Shown one piece after another: positions 42,009-52,384 of a stretch of DNA of 64,000 bases. Source of the DNA: an uncultured Phycisphaerales bacterium (GTDB taxonomy: Bacteria > Planctomycetota > Phycisphaerae > Tepidisphaerales > Tepidisphaeraceae); the NCBI GenBank assembly GCA_963844715.1, contig CAWJPJ010000005.1, forward strand, positions 256,001-320,000, written 5' to 3'. How positions within the stretch are numbered: the stretch's first letter is position 1; the number at the start of each line of letters is the position of its first letter. Made by a program: the position numbers and the translations under genes. Under the pieces are notes generated by a model. The model searched no databases. It was not told the origin of the DNA and was given only the letters and a program-made list of their open reading frames with translations.

Positions 42009-42665
42009 TTAGGGATTGATTGCGAGATGTTGCGGTTGCCCTGCCGCGGAGGCCTGCGCTTGCACGACGTGGGTGGCGGTTTTCATCTCGGCAATGAGTT
42101 GATCGGCGCGGGTGGGGTCGTTGATGGCCTGGACTTTGCCATTGAGATCGGACGGTCCGAGGGGGTCGACCATGTCGCCGCGCTGCGTCTGGGCTTTCAT
42201 CCAGGCGGAACAAATGGTGACATTGGTGGTGTCCCCCATGTCGTCGAGCATCACGAGGCCCGACCCGTCGTATTCGAGGAGGCTGCCCTCATTGGGGCCG
42301 TCGCCAAGGAGGCACCACTGGATAGAGGCATTGGTGTTGGCCGGGTGGTCGGCGCGATGGGCCAGAGCCTTCCAGAAGACGCGAATGTGTACATATTGCC
42401 GGGGAGCGTCAGCGGCCTGGGGGGTGAGGGGCTTGGACGGATCGTCGGAGCGGACGGAAGCCATGCCGTCGTTGACCATGACGATGTCGACATCGCCCGT
42501 GTCGGTGTGGGTGACATAGGCCTGGTCAAAGGTTTGGGAGAAAACCTGGTTATTGGTGAAGCTGACCAGATGGAGGTCCCCCTGGTTTTCGGAGGCACAC
42601 CCAAAACAGAGTGCCGAAGCGCAGAGGAGAACGAATGCTATCGGATGGCGGAATGGCATACCCAT
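42009..42665 (-). CDS. Hypothetical lipoprotein
   Basis: Lipoprotein-like signal 'FVLLCASALCFGC'; ~218 aa. Confidence 0.65.
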   Translation of the reverse strand: MGMPFRHPIAFVLLCASALCFGCASENQGDLHLVSFTNNQVFSQTFDQAYVTHTDTGDVDIVMVNDGMASVRSDDPSKPLTPQAADAPRQYVHIRVFWKALAHRADHPANTNASIQWCLLGDGPNEGSLLEYDGSGLVMLDDMGDTTNVTICSAWMKAQTQRGDMVDPLGPSDLNGKVQAINDPTRADQLIAEMKTATHVVQAQASAAGQPQHLAINP

Positions 42666-42710
42666 TTTGGCGACCCTCCCTAAATCCATTTGGAGATTAG
42701 ATCGGATTTT

Positions 42711-43595
42711 TTATGACAAGCCAAGCAGGCTTAATGTATCCCGTTCCACAATGCCGCGGAGGCTTTCACGTGGAACGACCGGTAGATTGGTCCCCTGGGC
42801 CAATTGGTTGATGCTGTAAAGGGCCTCGATGCAATCGGCGACGGTTGTGTATGGGAAATCACTGCCAAATAGGAGCTTATCGATCACCTGGTATTGATAA
42901 GCGGCGACCAGAGCGTTGTAGGCCTGCCAGGGTCGGGAGAGCAGACCGCTGACGTCGGCAAAGACGTTGGCGTGCTTTCCGAGCAGGGTGACCGTCTCAT
43001 CAATCCAAGGTTGGCCCATTTGGGCGAAGATGATTCGCAAAGTCGGGAACGTGCGGGCGACCTCGTCGAAGAGGTACGGCCTAGCGAATTCCAGTTTGCT
43101 TTGTTCGGTGCACTGTGCGACCGGGTGAATCAGTATCGGCATGCCAAGTTTTTGGGCCTCGGCGTAAAGGCGCATGGCGAGGGTATCCGTAGGGTGGAAG
43201 TCCTGGTTGGCCGGGGAGAGAGTCAGGCCGCGAAGCTGCAAATCGGATCGGGCGAAACGGAGTTCATCGACGGCGGACCCTTCGGTGGGGTCGATGCCCG
43301 CGAAGCCGATGAGCTTCTGAGGGAACCGGTTGACGTATTCAGCCACGTAGGCATTGGGGATTTCGGCTCGGAGATACTTGCTCTTGAAGCCGAGGACGAT
43401 GGACTTATCCACAACCGAGCTTTGCGCCCAATGATGATCGGGGTCCGCGGCGGGAACCGGCCGCCAGTTGCCTTTGCCGGAGGGATAGAACCGACTCGCG
43501 CGAGCGGATTTGGGCGGCGGCGGGGAATCTCCCAAGTCGAGCTGGCCGAGCTGCTCGGGCGATTTCCAAATATGGGTATGGCAGTCAACAATCAT
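42711..43595 (-). CDS. Amidohydrolase family 2 protein
   Basis: 'IVDCHTHIW', 'LIGFAGIDP', 'MPILIH', 'NVFADVS', 'KLLFGSDFPY'. Confidence 0.9.
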   Translation of the reverse strand: MIVDCHTHIWKSPEQLGQLDLGDSPPPPKSARASRFYPSGKGNWRPVPAADPDHHWAQSSVVDKSIVLGFKSKYLRAEIPNAYVAEYVNRFPQKLIGFAGIDPTEGSAVDELRFARSDLQLRGLTLSPANQDFHPTDTLAMRLYAEAQKLGMPILIHPVAQCTEQSKLEFARPYLFDEVARTFPTLRIIFAQMGQPWIDETVTLLGKHANVFADVSGLLSRPWQAYNALVAAYQYQVIDKLLFGSDFPYTTVADCIEALYSINQLAQGTNLPVVPRESLRGIVERDTLSLLGLS

Positions 43596-43831
43596 AAATT
43601 AGAGGGGGATTAGTCTAGACCCACGCGCCGGTGCCGTCAAAGCTAACTTTGGGCCAGACCTCCCATAATTTTATCGGGGGGAGGGTATGGTGTGCTGGAA
43701 TCAAAATCGTAACCCGTTGCCTGGAAGCAAGCTGTGGAGAATTGTAAAAAAAATCGCCGTTGACGAGTGGAAACGGGGAAACTAGTCTAGGGTCGTCAGT
43801 GTCCACCCCATCTGAATGAAGGAGACCAACG

Positions 43832-44448
43832 ATGCCGTTCACACTGCCGCCGTTACCGTTTCCGAGCAATGCGCTCGAGCCGCACATCGATAAGATGACC
43901 ATGGAAATTCACCATGATAAACATCACAACGCGTATGTGACCAATCTGAACAAAGCGTTGGAGCAGGCCCGCAACTCGCGAATAAAACTTTGGAGGAGTT
44001 GCTGGCGGGGAATTTGGCGATCGTCCCGGAGACGATCAAGACGCCGGTGCGGAACAACGCCGGGGGGCATCACAATCACAGTTTGTTTTGGGAGATTTTG
44101 AATCCGTCGGGCAAGCCGGGCGCTACGCCGGTCGGGAAACTGGGTGCGGCGATCGACAGCACGTTTGGGTCGTTCGACAGCTTCAAGGAAAAGTTCGCGG
44201 CGGCCGCGGTGGGACGATTTGGGTCGGGATGGGCTTGGCTGATTGCCAGGGGCGGGAAGATCGAGATCATTTCGCTGCCGAACCAAGACAGTCCGATCAT
44301 GGATGGGGCTTATCCGGTGATCGGATTGGATGTGTGGGAGCACGCCTATTACCTGAAGTACCAGAACCGCCGGCCGGAATACATCACGGCTTGGTGGAAC
44401 GTGGTAAACTGGAAGGTCGCCGATGATCGCTTCGCCAAGGCGAAGTGA
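43832..44448 (+). CDS. sodA: Superoxide dismutase (probably Mn-type), frameshift ~43968
   Basis: '[20 protein letters not shown]', '[13 protein letters not shown]', 'FGSGWAWL', 'NQDSP', 'DVWEHAYYL'. Confidence 0.93.
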
Positions 44449-44521
44449 CCGGCCGAGGCAGCCGGGCAATTGAACCGGGGCGAAGCCGCGACCGCCAACC
44501 CATCGGGAAAGTGCGAAATTC

Positions 44522-45622
44522 ATGCGCCGATTATTCCTTCGCGATTGCGTCTCCGGTGATCTTGTCGAAGACGTTTTCATCCTGACCAACAAGCAACTGG
44601 CGGCGACGGCGCAGGGGAAATTCTTCATTAAGGCGTTTTGCAGCGACCGGAGCGCGCAGATCACGGCGCGGATGTGGAACGCCACCCGCGATATTTTCAA
44701 CGCGATTCCGGACGGCGGGTTCGTCCGCCTGCGGGGGAGGATCGAAAACTACCAGAACAATCTGCAGCTCATCATCGAGCAGATGTCCGCGCCGAAGGAG
44801 GGGTCCTATGACATCGCGGACCTCATTCCATGCACGACGAAGGACGTCGGGCAGATGTTTACGCGGGTGATAGAGATCTGCCAAAGCATTCAGAACCGGC
44901 ACTTGGCGGCGCTAGTCCAGGCGTATCTGGACGACGCGAAGCTCATGGAGGATTTCCGGCGGGCACCGGCGGCGATGAGCTTTCATCACGCTTTTTTGGG
45001 GGGATTGCTCGAGCATACGCTCAACGCGATGGAGGTCGGGGACGCGGTGTGCAAGTTTTATCCGCTGCTGAACCGGGATTTGGTCATCGCGGGGATTTTT
45101 TTGCATGACATCGCCAAAACCTGGGAGCTCACGTACGCGGTCTCGTTCGGGTATTCCGATGGCGGTCAGCTCGTGGGGCACGTGGTGAAGTCGGCGATGT
45201 GGGTCGAAGAGAAAGCGAAGACGGCGCAAGAGATGCTGGGGGAGCCAGTGCCTCGGGAACTGATCGATGTCATGCAACACATTATTTTGAGTCACCACGG
45301 GCAGCCGGAATTCGGCGCGGCGCGGACGCCCTCAACGCCGGAGGCGATTGCGGTGCACATGATCGAGAATCTGGATGCGAAGCTGATGATGTCTCTGACG
45401 GCGACGCGCGGCGAGGGGGGAGCCGCGGCGGCGGAAGGCAATTGGACGGAATATATGAAAGCGCTGGGGGGAAGGTTGTATCGGCCGGATGTCGCGCCAG
45501 GGGAAGTGGAGATATCCCAGGAGACGCCGCCGCAAGCGCCGGCTTCACAATCGGCGCCGGCGGGGGGGAAGGTTGTCATTAATAATCCTTTGTTTGAGAC
45601 GGGGTCGGGGAATAAAAGATAA
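44522..45622 (+). CDS. yhaM: 3'-5' exoribonuclease YhaM/Cbf1 family (OB fold + HD domain)
   Basis: OB fold, 'PAAMSFHHAFLGGLLEHT', 'FLHDIAK', 'GQLVGH', 'ILSHHG', 'TPEA'. Confidence 0.88.
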   Translation: MRRLFLRDCVSGDLVEDVFILTNKQLAATAQGKFFIKAFCSDRSAQITARMWNATRDIFNAIPDGGFVRLRGRIENYQNNLQLIIEQMSAPKEGSYDIADLIPCTTKDVGQMFTRVIEICQSIQNRHLAALVQAYLDDAKLMEDFRRAPAAMSFHHAFLGGLLEHTLNAMEVGDAVCKFYPLLNRDLVIAGIFLHDIAKTWELTYAVSFGYSDGGQLVGHVVKSAMWVEEKAKTAQEMLGEPVPRELIDVMQHIILSHHGQPEFGAARTPSTPEAIAVHMIENLDAKLMMSLTATRGEGGAAAAEGNWTEYMKALGGRLYRPDVAPGEVEISQETPPQAPASQSAPAGGKVVINNPLFETGSGNKR

Positions 45623-45668
45623 ATGAGTGACGCGCACGAATGAAGAGTTTTGAGCGTCGGGACGGGGA

Positions 45669-45716
45669 GATTACGATTACGATTAAGATTATGATTAAGA
45701 TTGGGATTGGGATTAG
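45669..45716. repeat. Degenerate hexamer tandem repeat (GATTRN x8)
   Basis: GATTAC GATTAC GATTAA GATTAT GATTAA GATTGG GATTGG GATTAG. Confidence 0.85.
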
Positions 45717-45725
45717 GAGGCGGGA

Positions 45726-46106
45726 ATGCGAATTCACGTTGGCTTGATCGGGCTGGGGCTGATTGGGTTGTTGGGGGTTGGGGTTTGGGGGGATGATGAG
45801 GCGACGACGCAGCCGGCGCTTCTGACGAGATTCGCCTTCACCATCAAAAGATACCGACTCCCTTTAACCTGCTTACAGATTTAACGGACGATCAGAAGGC
45901 TCAGATTCTGAAGATCCATACGGATACTTTGGCCCAGGAGAAGCTGCTACGCGCAGGAACATGACAACATCATGGGGGTGCTCACCGACGACCAGAAGAA
46001 GGAACTGGAGGTGCAGATTGGAAAGGCGACTCTCGAAAAAGAGGAACTCAAGCAGGATTCGGGCAATGCGGATGGAGCGACAACGGAGCCTTCAGAGGGC
46101 AATTGA
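45726..46106 (+). CDS. Small secreted helical protein with LTxxQ motifs (Spy/CpxP-like), frameshifted
   Basis: Signal peptide, 'ATTQPA', 'LTDDQKAQILKIH' and 'VLTDDQKKEL'. Confidence 0.55.
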
Positions 46107-46125
46107 GTTTGGTGCGTTTTTCTGA

Positions 46126-48095
46126 TTAGGGGCGGCGGCAGAAATCGGTCCACATTTGGCGGTATTGGGCTTCGACGTTTGCGGCGAATGTTTTCCCGTC
46201 GCATAGGGGCGATATGCGCATTCGCTCGCGCAAGTCTGCGCGGATTTGGGCCAGGGCGGGGAGGTCTTGCGATAGGTTTGCGGCGATTGAGGCGTATTCC
46301 TCTTTCGAGTTGGCGATCAACTGGGGGAGCCCGACGTTTGTCAGGAGGGTGACGGCGACGCGGCTGGGGTGGGTGGGGCCGGCGAGGGTGATGACGGGGA
46401 CGCCCATCCAAAGGGCATCGCAGGTGGTTTTGGTGCCGTGGTAGGGGAAGGTGTCCAGCGCGATGTCGATCTGGTTGTAGAGGGCGAGGTGGCCGGAAGA
46501 AGATTGGATGCGCTGGCGGAGTTCGATTCGGTCTTGGGCGATATCTGCGGCGGCGAATTGGGATAAAAGTCGGCGGCGCGGGGCATCTTCGGAGAGGCCG
46601 CCGATGCTTTTGATGACCAGGCGGCTGTTGGGGACGGCGCGGAGGACGGCGGACCACATCGCGATGGTGGCGGAACTAATTTTGGCCAGGCTGTTGAATG
46701 AGCCGAAGGTGATTGGGCCGGGGGCTTGCGCCGGAAGTGGAGAGACGGGCGGGGCGTCGGCGGGGGGGGCGAAACAGAGGAACGTGTTGGGGAGGCGGAT
46801 AATTTTTTCGGAGTGGTATTGTTCGGTCAGGCCGGGCGGATCGGCGTGGGCGTCCGTGAAGCGATAGTCCATCGCGGTCATGCCGGTGCTGTAGGGGTAC
46901 CCGATGTGCGTGATCTGGATGGGGGCGGGTTTTGCGCGAAGGCGAGGAGCCGGTTATGGCCGGTATGGCCGGCGAGATCGACGAGGATATCAATCGCATC
47001 CTCGCGGATGAGCTGGGCGAGGCGGTCGTCGGGAAGGCCCGTGACGTTTCGCCATTCTTTTACGGATTGCCGGAGGCGCCCGGTGACGGCGTCGGCCTTC
47101 ATGAGGTCGGCGTAGGCGAATATCTGGAAATTCGATCGGTCGTGAAAGGCGAATTGATTTTCGAGAAAATAGGCGACCGAGTGATCGGCAAAATCGGGTG
47201 AGACGTAGCCAATTCGGAGGGGACGATCGGGATTTCGATTGTTGCGATGCAAGGGAACATTCGCGCGAGATGCGCCGCGTGCAGGGTGTTCCACTCGACA
47301 TGGCGGCGGAAGACTTCGGCGGGATCAATATCGGGCTGGAAGTGGAGGCTGTAAATCAGATTGCTGTGGAAACCGGCGTCGCGGGGCGCGAGTTCGATGG
47401 CGCGGGCGTAGGCTTCGGTGGCTTCGGCGACCTGCCCGCAATCGCGGAGGGAATTGCCGAGATTGTTCCAGGCGCCGGGGAATTGGGGCTGAAGTGCAAT
47501 GGCGCGGCGGCAGGTTTCGGCGGCCTCGTGTGGGCGGCCGGTAAGCCATTGGACGTTCCCAAGATTGCTCAGGGCTTCGAAGTAGTCGGGTTTGATCAGT
47601 AGGGCGCGATGGAAGGCGTCGGTGGCCTCGGGAGTTTGGCCGAGGGACTGGAGGCCAATGCCAAGGTTGTTCCAGTAGCCTGCGAAATCGGGCTTGAGTA
47701 AGACGGCGCGGCGATAGGCATCGACGGCGTGTTGCGACTGGCCCATCGCGCGAAGGCAGTTTCCAAGGGCGTTATGGGCCGACGCGTAGTCCGGGCGAAG
47801 GGAGATCGCTTTTTGAAAGGCGGCAATGGCGGCCGGCCATTTTTCTTGCGCGGCAAGGGCGAGGCCGAGATTGTATTGCACCTCGGGGGATTGGGGATCG
47901 GCCACCGCGGCGCGGTGGAGAATCGGGGCGGCATTGTTCGGGCGCCCGAGTTGATGATCAGAGTGCGCCCAAAAGGGCGAGCGCTTCAGCGTGATCGGGA
48001 TTGGATTGGAGAAAGGCGCGATAGACGGGTTCGGCTTGATCAAGCCGGCCGGCGGCGTGGTGCTGCTTGGCGAGATCGAGGGCGGGGGTGGTCAT
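46126..48095 (-). CDS. TPR-containing O-GlcNAc transferase-like protein (GT41/SPINDLY family), frameshifted
   Basis: TPRs, 'HSNL', 'LRIGYVSPDFADHSV', 'IDILVDLAGHT', 'ITFGSFNSLAK', 'DIALDTFPYHGTKTTCDALWMGVPVITL'. Confidence 0.9.
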
Positions 48096-49732
48096 GATGC
48101 TTTCGAGTCGAGCAATTTCTTCAGTTCGGCCGCCGCATCGCGAATAGGAGCGGACCAATCGTCGCGGCGTCTTTGACGAAAGAGACGAGCGGTCGGATAC
48201 CATGGGGTATCGGTCCGGTCCAGGGTCCAGCGCCAATCGGGGACGAATTTGAGAAGCACCCAGACGGCTTTGCCCAGCACGCCGGCCAATTGGGCGGCGG
48301 CGGTGTCGATGCTGATCACCAGGTCGAGCTGATTCATCAGCGCGGCGGTGTCGGCGAAATCTTTGATCGTCGGGGCGGAATCAATAATATTCATGCCCGG
48401 AGGGGGGGATTTAAGTTCGCTGGATCCCTCTTCAATCTGCAGGCTAAAGAACTGGATTCGCGGATCAGCCAGTTCCGAGAGCATGGGCAAAGGGATGGAT
48501 CGCCCCGGGAGATGAGTTCGGCCGGACCAGATCAGGCCGACTTTCAGTTTTCCTTCGCCGGGCAATTCCGATGTTTCCTGGTCATGCAAGTATGGGCCCG
48601 ACCAAAATGGGTTAGGCAAGTTCAGGACATGGGGGAGACTCAGTAACGGGCATTGAAAATCGAAATCGGGAAGCAATTGCGGGGGAGCGATGACGGAGTC
48701 GAGTCCCGGGATTGACCTCATGAGCGGGGATAGACGGGCCTGGCAGTGGAGGATGATTCTCCCGCCGCGAGCCGTTGTCTCGCGGAGATAACGCGCGAAG
48801 TGGATGGTATCGCCAAAGCCTTGCTCGCAATGGATGAGTATTGTTTTTCCGGGTAGAGGCTGGCCGTTCCACATGGGGCGATCGAATTTGGGGATGGTCG
48901 GCTGGAACTCCGGGACCCGGCGGCGCCATTCGTATTCCTTCCACCCTTGCTTGTAATCGCCCAGGAGCAGGAGGAGGAGAGAGTAGTTCCAGTGGAGATT
49001 GGCGGCGTCCGGTTTCAGGGATAACCCTCGCTCGAACGCGGCGCAGCGGAGGGATACTCGCCGAGGCTTTGCAGGGCGTTGCCGAGATTTCCCAACGCGT
49101 CGGGGAAATCCTCTCGCAGCGCCAGCGCGCGGCGGCACGCCTCGACGGCATCGTCGAATTGCTGGTTTCGCCAAAGAGCGTTACCCAGATTGCCCCAGGC
49201 TTCGGCATAATTTGGATTCAAAGCCAGAGCTTTTTGGAAAGCGTCGATAGCTTCGGGATATCGATCGGCGGATTGGAGCGCGATGGCGAGATTATTCCAA
49301 AAGCCGGCTGAGTCAGGCTGAAGCTCCACCGGCGCGACGGTGCCGGGCAATCGCATCGTCAAAGCGGCGGAGATTGCGCAGTGCGTTTCCGAGAGCGTTG
49401 TAGGCGGATGCGTAATCCGGTCGCAGCGAGATGGATTTTTCGAAAGCCTCGGCGGCCTGGGACCAGTTGGATTGGCCCGCCAGGGCGAGACCGAGATTGA
49501 AATAGCCATCGGGCGAGGCAGGATTGGCGGCGATGGCGCGGCGAAGGATGGGTTCAGCGTCGGCGTGACGATTCGCCTGGAGGTACAGCATTCCTAGCAG
49601 AGCGAGGGTTTCGGGATGGTCCGGTAGATCTGAAAGGATCTGACGATAAGCCGGTTCGGCAAGATCGAACCGCCCTTGGCGGTGGTAGTCCCGCGCTAAA
49701 TCAATGGCTTGAAGGGTTTCGTCGTCCGTCAC
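48092..49732 (-). CDS. TPR + GT9-like glycosyltransferase, frameshifted
   Basis: TPRs; 'GWKEYEWR', 'EQGFGDTIHFARY', 'KVGLIWSG', 'DFADTAALMNQLDLVISIDT', 'DWRW...TPWYPT'. Confidence 0.88.
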
Positions 49733-49797
49733 GGTGACCAATATTAAGCGATACACAGAGACGTTGCAGCCAAGGTCGCAAGCGCGATAATTCGAGC

Positions 49798-50547
49798 ATG
49801 AAGACGGGGCTGACACTATCCGCCGCCAGTGGAATCGGGGACCGGGTGATCTTTACGAGCTTCCCGGAGAACTTTTATGCGGCGACGGGATCGAAACTCA
49901 TAGATATCGATAATATCTGGTGTTTTGATTTCAATCCGTTTGTGATTCGGGGCCAGACGCCGGATAAGGTTCTGAACCCATGGGAAACGCCTTTGCCCGA
50001 GAGGCCGCCGCAGGGGCGGCCTGTGTGGCATTCGGTCGCCGAGCGCACGATGGTTCAGTTTGGGCTCGATCCGCGCCGTCTGGTGGTGCGGCATCCTCGG
50101 TTGTATCGCTACGAGGACGAGCCGAAGCGTCATCGCTTGGTGGTTCACACTACCGGCGTGACGCGCGGGCAGTTCCATGCCAAAGTCATCAGTCACATCG
50201 CTCAAAAATATGCGGGCTGGGAATTTGTCCAGGTCGGCGGGAAGGGAGACGTTGATTTTCCAGGTGCCGTCGATCTGAGGGAGGCGGAGCTTTGGGAAGT
50301 CGCGCGAACGATCGCCGGCGCGGAAGTCTTCATCGGCGTCTGCTCCGGGCCAAGCTGGATCGCGGCGGCGTACCCTTCGACGTGGTCGAAGAAAATCCTC
50401 ATGCATCTTTCGGAATTCGAGTTGACCGGCCCCATTACCCCGATGGCGTTCGTTGACAAGCATTGGCAGTGGTTTGACTCGTCGTTCACGTATTTTAATC
50501 GCACCGAGCAGGATTTGGGTTTTACGTACAGTTATCGCAAGCTCTGA
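49798..50547 (+). CDS. Stand-alone GT9-like (heptosyltransferase-fold) protein
   Basis: 'GIGD' near the N-terminus, 'FVQVGG', 'DLR', 'VFIGVCSGPSWIAAA'. Confidence 0.6.
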   Translation: MKTGLTLSAASGIGDRVIFTSFPENFYAATGSKLIDIDNIWCFDFNPFVIRGQTPDKVLNPWETPLPERPPQGRPVWHSVAERTMVQFGLDPRRLVVRHPRLYRYEDEPKRHRLVVHTTGVTRGQFHAKVISHIAQKYAGWEFVQVGGKGDVDFPGAVDLREAELWEVARTIAGAEVFIGVCSGPSWIAAAYPSTWSKKILMHLSEFELTGPITPMAFVDKHWQWFDSSFTYFNRTEQDLGFTYSYRKL

Positions 50548-52384
50548 TGGGCGAGTTTTCGTAACTCGGCCTCGATTCGTCCAAGCGGCGTTCGCCAGTC
50601 GCCGATTTGCGGTTCCCGAAAAATGCGAAGGCTGGAATACCACGGGGAATCCTCTCTATCGAGTAGCCAGCGGAAATCAGATCGAAAGGGGTTGAGCATC
50701 CAAACGGGCTTGCCCATTGCGCCGGCGAGATGGACAGGCGCGGTATTGATGGAAATCAACAAATCCAAATGAGTCAGCAACCCGGCCAGATCGGCAAAGT
50801 CGGAGATGTCGCGGGTGAGATCAATGAGATTCATCCCATCGGGAGGCGTTTGCGTCGCCTCGGGTCCTTTTTGCAAGCTGAAGAACTGCACGCCGGGAAT
50901 TGTGGTCAGCGATGAAAAAACATCGATGGTACGCGTCCGCCCGTCGGCAAATACGAGGCTGCCGGCCCAGACAAGTCCAACTTTTAACTTTCCGTCCTTG
51001 GGGACTTTCTTCCCAAATTTCTCGATGCGGTCAGGCGGGGCGGTCAGGTACCCGGTGCTTCCTGGAACCGAATCGACACGGGTCCTGAAAATCCGTGGCA
51101 AACTGAACCAGGGGGCATGAAGATCGAATTCCGGAAGTTCGGTTCCAATCGCAATGACCTTCCACACTCCGGGGATTTGCTTGAACAAGTCAACCAAGGC
51201 CGGGTGGCACTCGAACGCAACCTTCGCGACCGCGGTCTATGCAGAGGGGAACGTAACGCGCAAAGTGTATGCCGTCACCGTTCGCGCCCTCGGCTTGCAA
51301 TAGGAGGGTCTTTCCTGCTATCGGGGAGCCGTCCCATTGCGGCTGACTAAACTCGCGCTTGAGTCGACCGCCGGGCACCTTCAACCGCCATTCAAATTCC
51401 TCCCATCCCTCGTCCCATTCCCCCATCGCCAAAAGGAGTCGGCCTAGATTCCAGTGTAAGCCCGCATTTAGCGGCGAGCATCGACCAGACGGCGGAGGAT
51501 GGAAATCCCTTCCGAGCGCTTTCCGGTTAGAAACAGATCGTTGCCAAGACTTATCAGAGCCGGTTCGAAGCCGGGGTCTAATTCGAGTGAACGGTTATAG
51601 TGTTCAATCGCCTCATCGAAGCGGCCCATGATCGAAAGCGCTTCTCCCGCATTCCACCAAACTTTGGCTCGATCGGGCGAAAGAGAGAGCGCTCGCTGAA
51701 ACGCGGCCAATGCTGGTTCCAACCTCTGAACTTTTCTTAGTGCGTTGCCAAGATTGATCCAAGCCTCGGGCCAACCCGGACGAAGCCGAACGGCTTCCTG
51801 GTAGGCTTGGATCGCCTCACGATGTCTTTCCAGGTTCCGCAAGGCATTGCCGCGATTGAAGTGGGCTTCGGGAATTTCCGGGCGAAGGTCACAGGCGCAC
51901 TCCAGGGCAGGCAGGGCATCGGTTGAATTACCTGAAGCCATCAAAGCGTTGCCAAGATTGATATGGGATGCGGCGTGATCGGGGTGAAATTCAATCGAGC
52001 GGCGATAGGTGTCAATCGCCTCATGGGAATTCCCCTCTGCCTCCAGGGTCACAGCTAAATTGAATAGCGTTCGAGAAAATCCGGCCTGACTGCAAGCACT
52101 TTTCGGAACGCGTCGATGGCTTCCCGCCGTCGATTCAAAGTTCTCAGCAGTACCGCCAGGTTGTATTGGTAGTCGGGACGGTTTGGGGCCTGCGCGACGG
52201 CTCGTTGAATTAAAGCAATTGCTTCATTGGGATCGCCGCGAGACGCGTAGATGAGCGATAGTCCGTAAAGAGCGTCCGGCTGGTCTGGCTGTGCGGCCAG
52301 AATTTGCCGGTATAACGGCTCGGCCAAATCCAGCCTGCCGGCGCGATGGTGGTCCTTGGCGAGATCAAGTGGTGAGGAATTCAT
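50532..52384 (-). CDS. TPR + GT9-like glycosyltransferase, frameshifted
   Basis: Start 'MNSSPLDLAKDHHRAGR'; TPRs; 'GWEEFEWR', 'EGANGDGIHFARY', 'KVGLVWAG', 'DFRWLLDREDSPWY'. Confidence 0.85.
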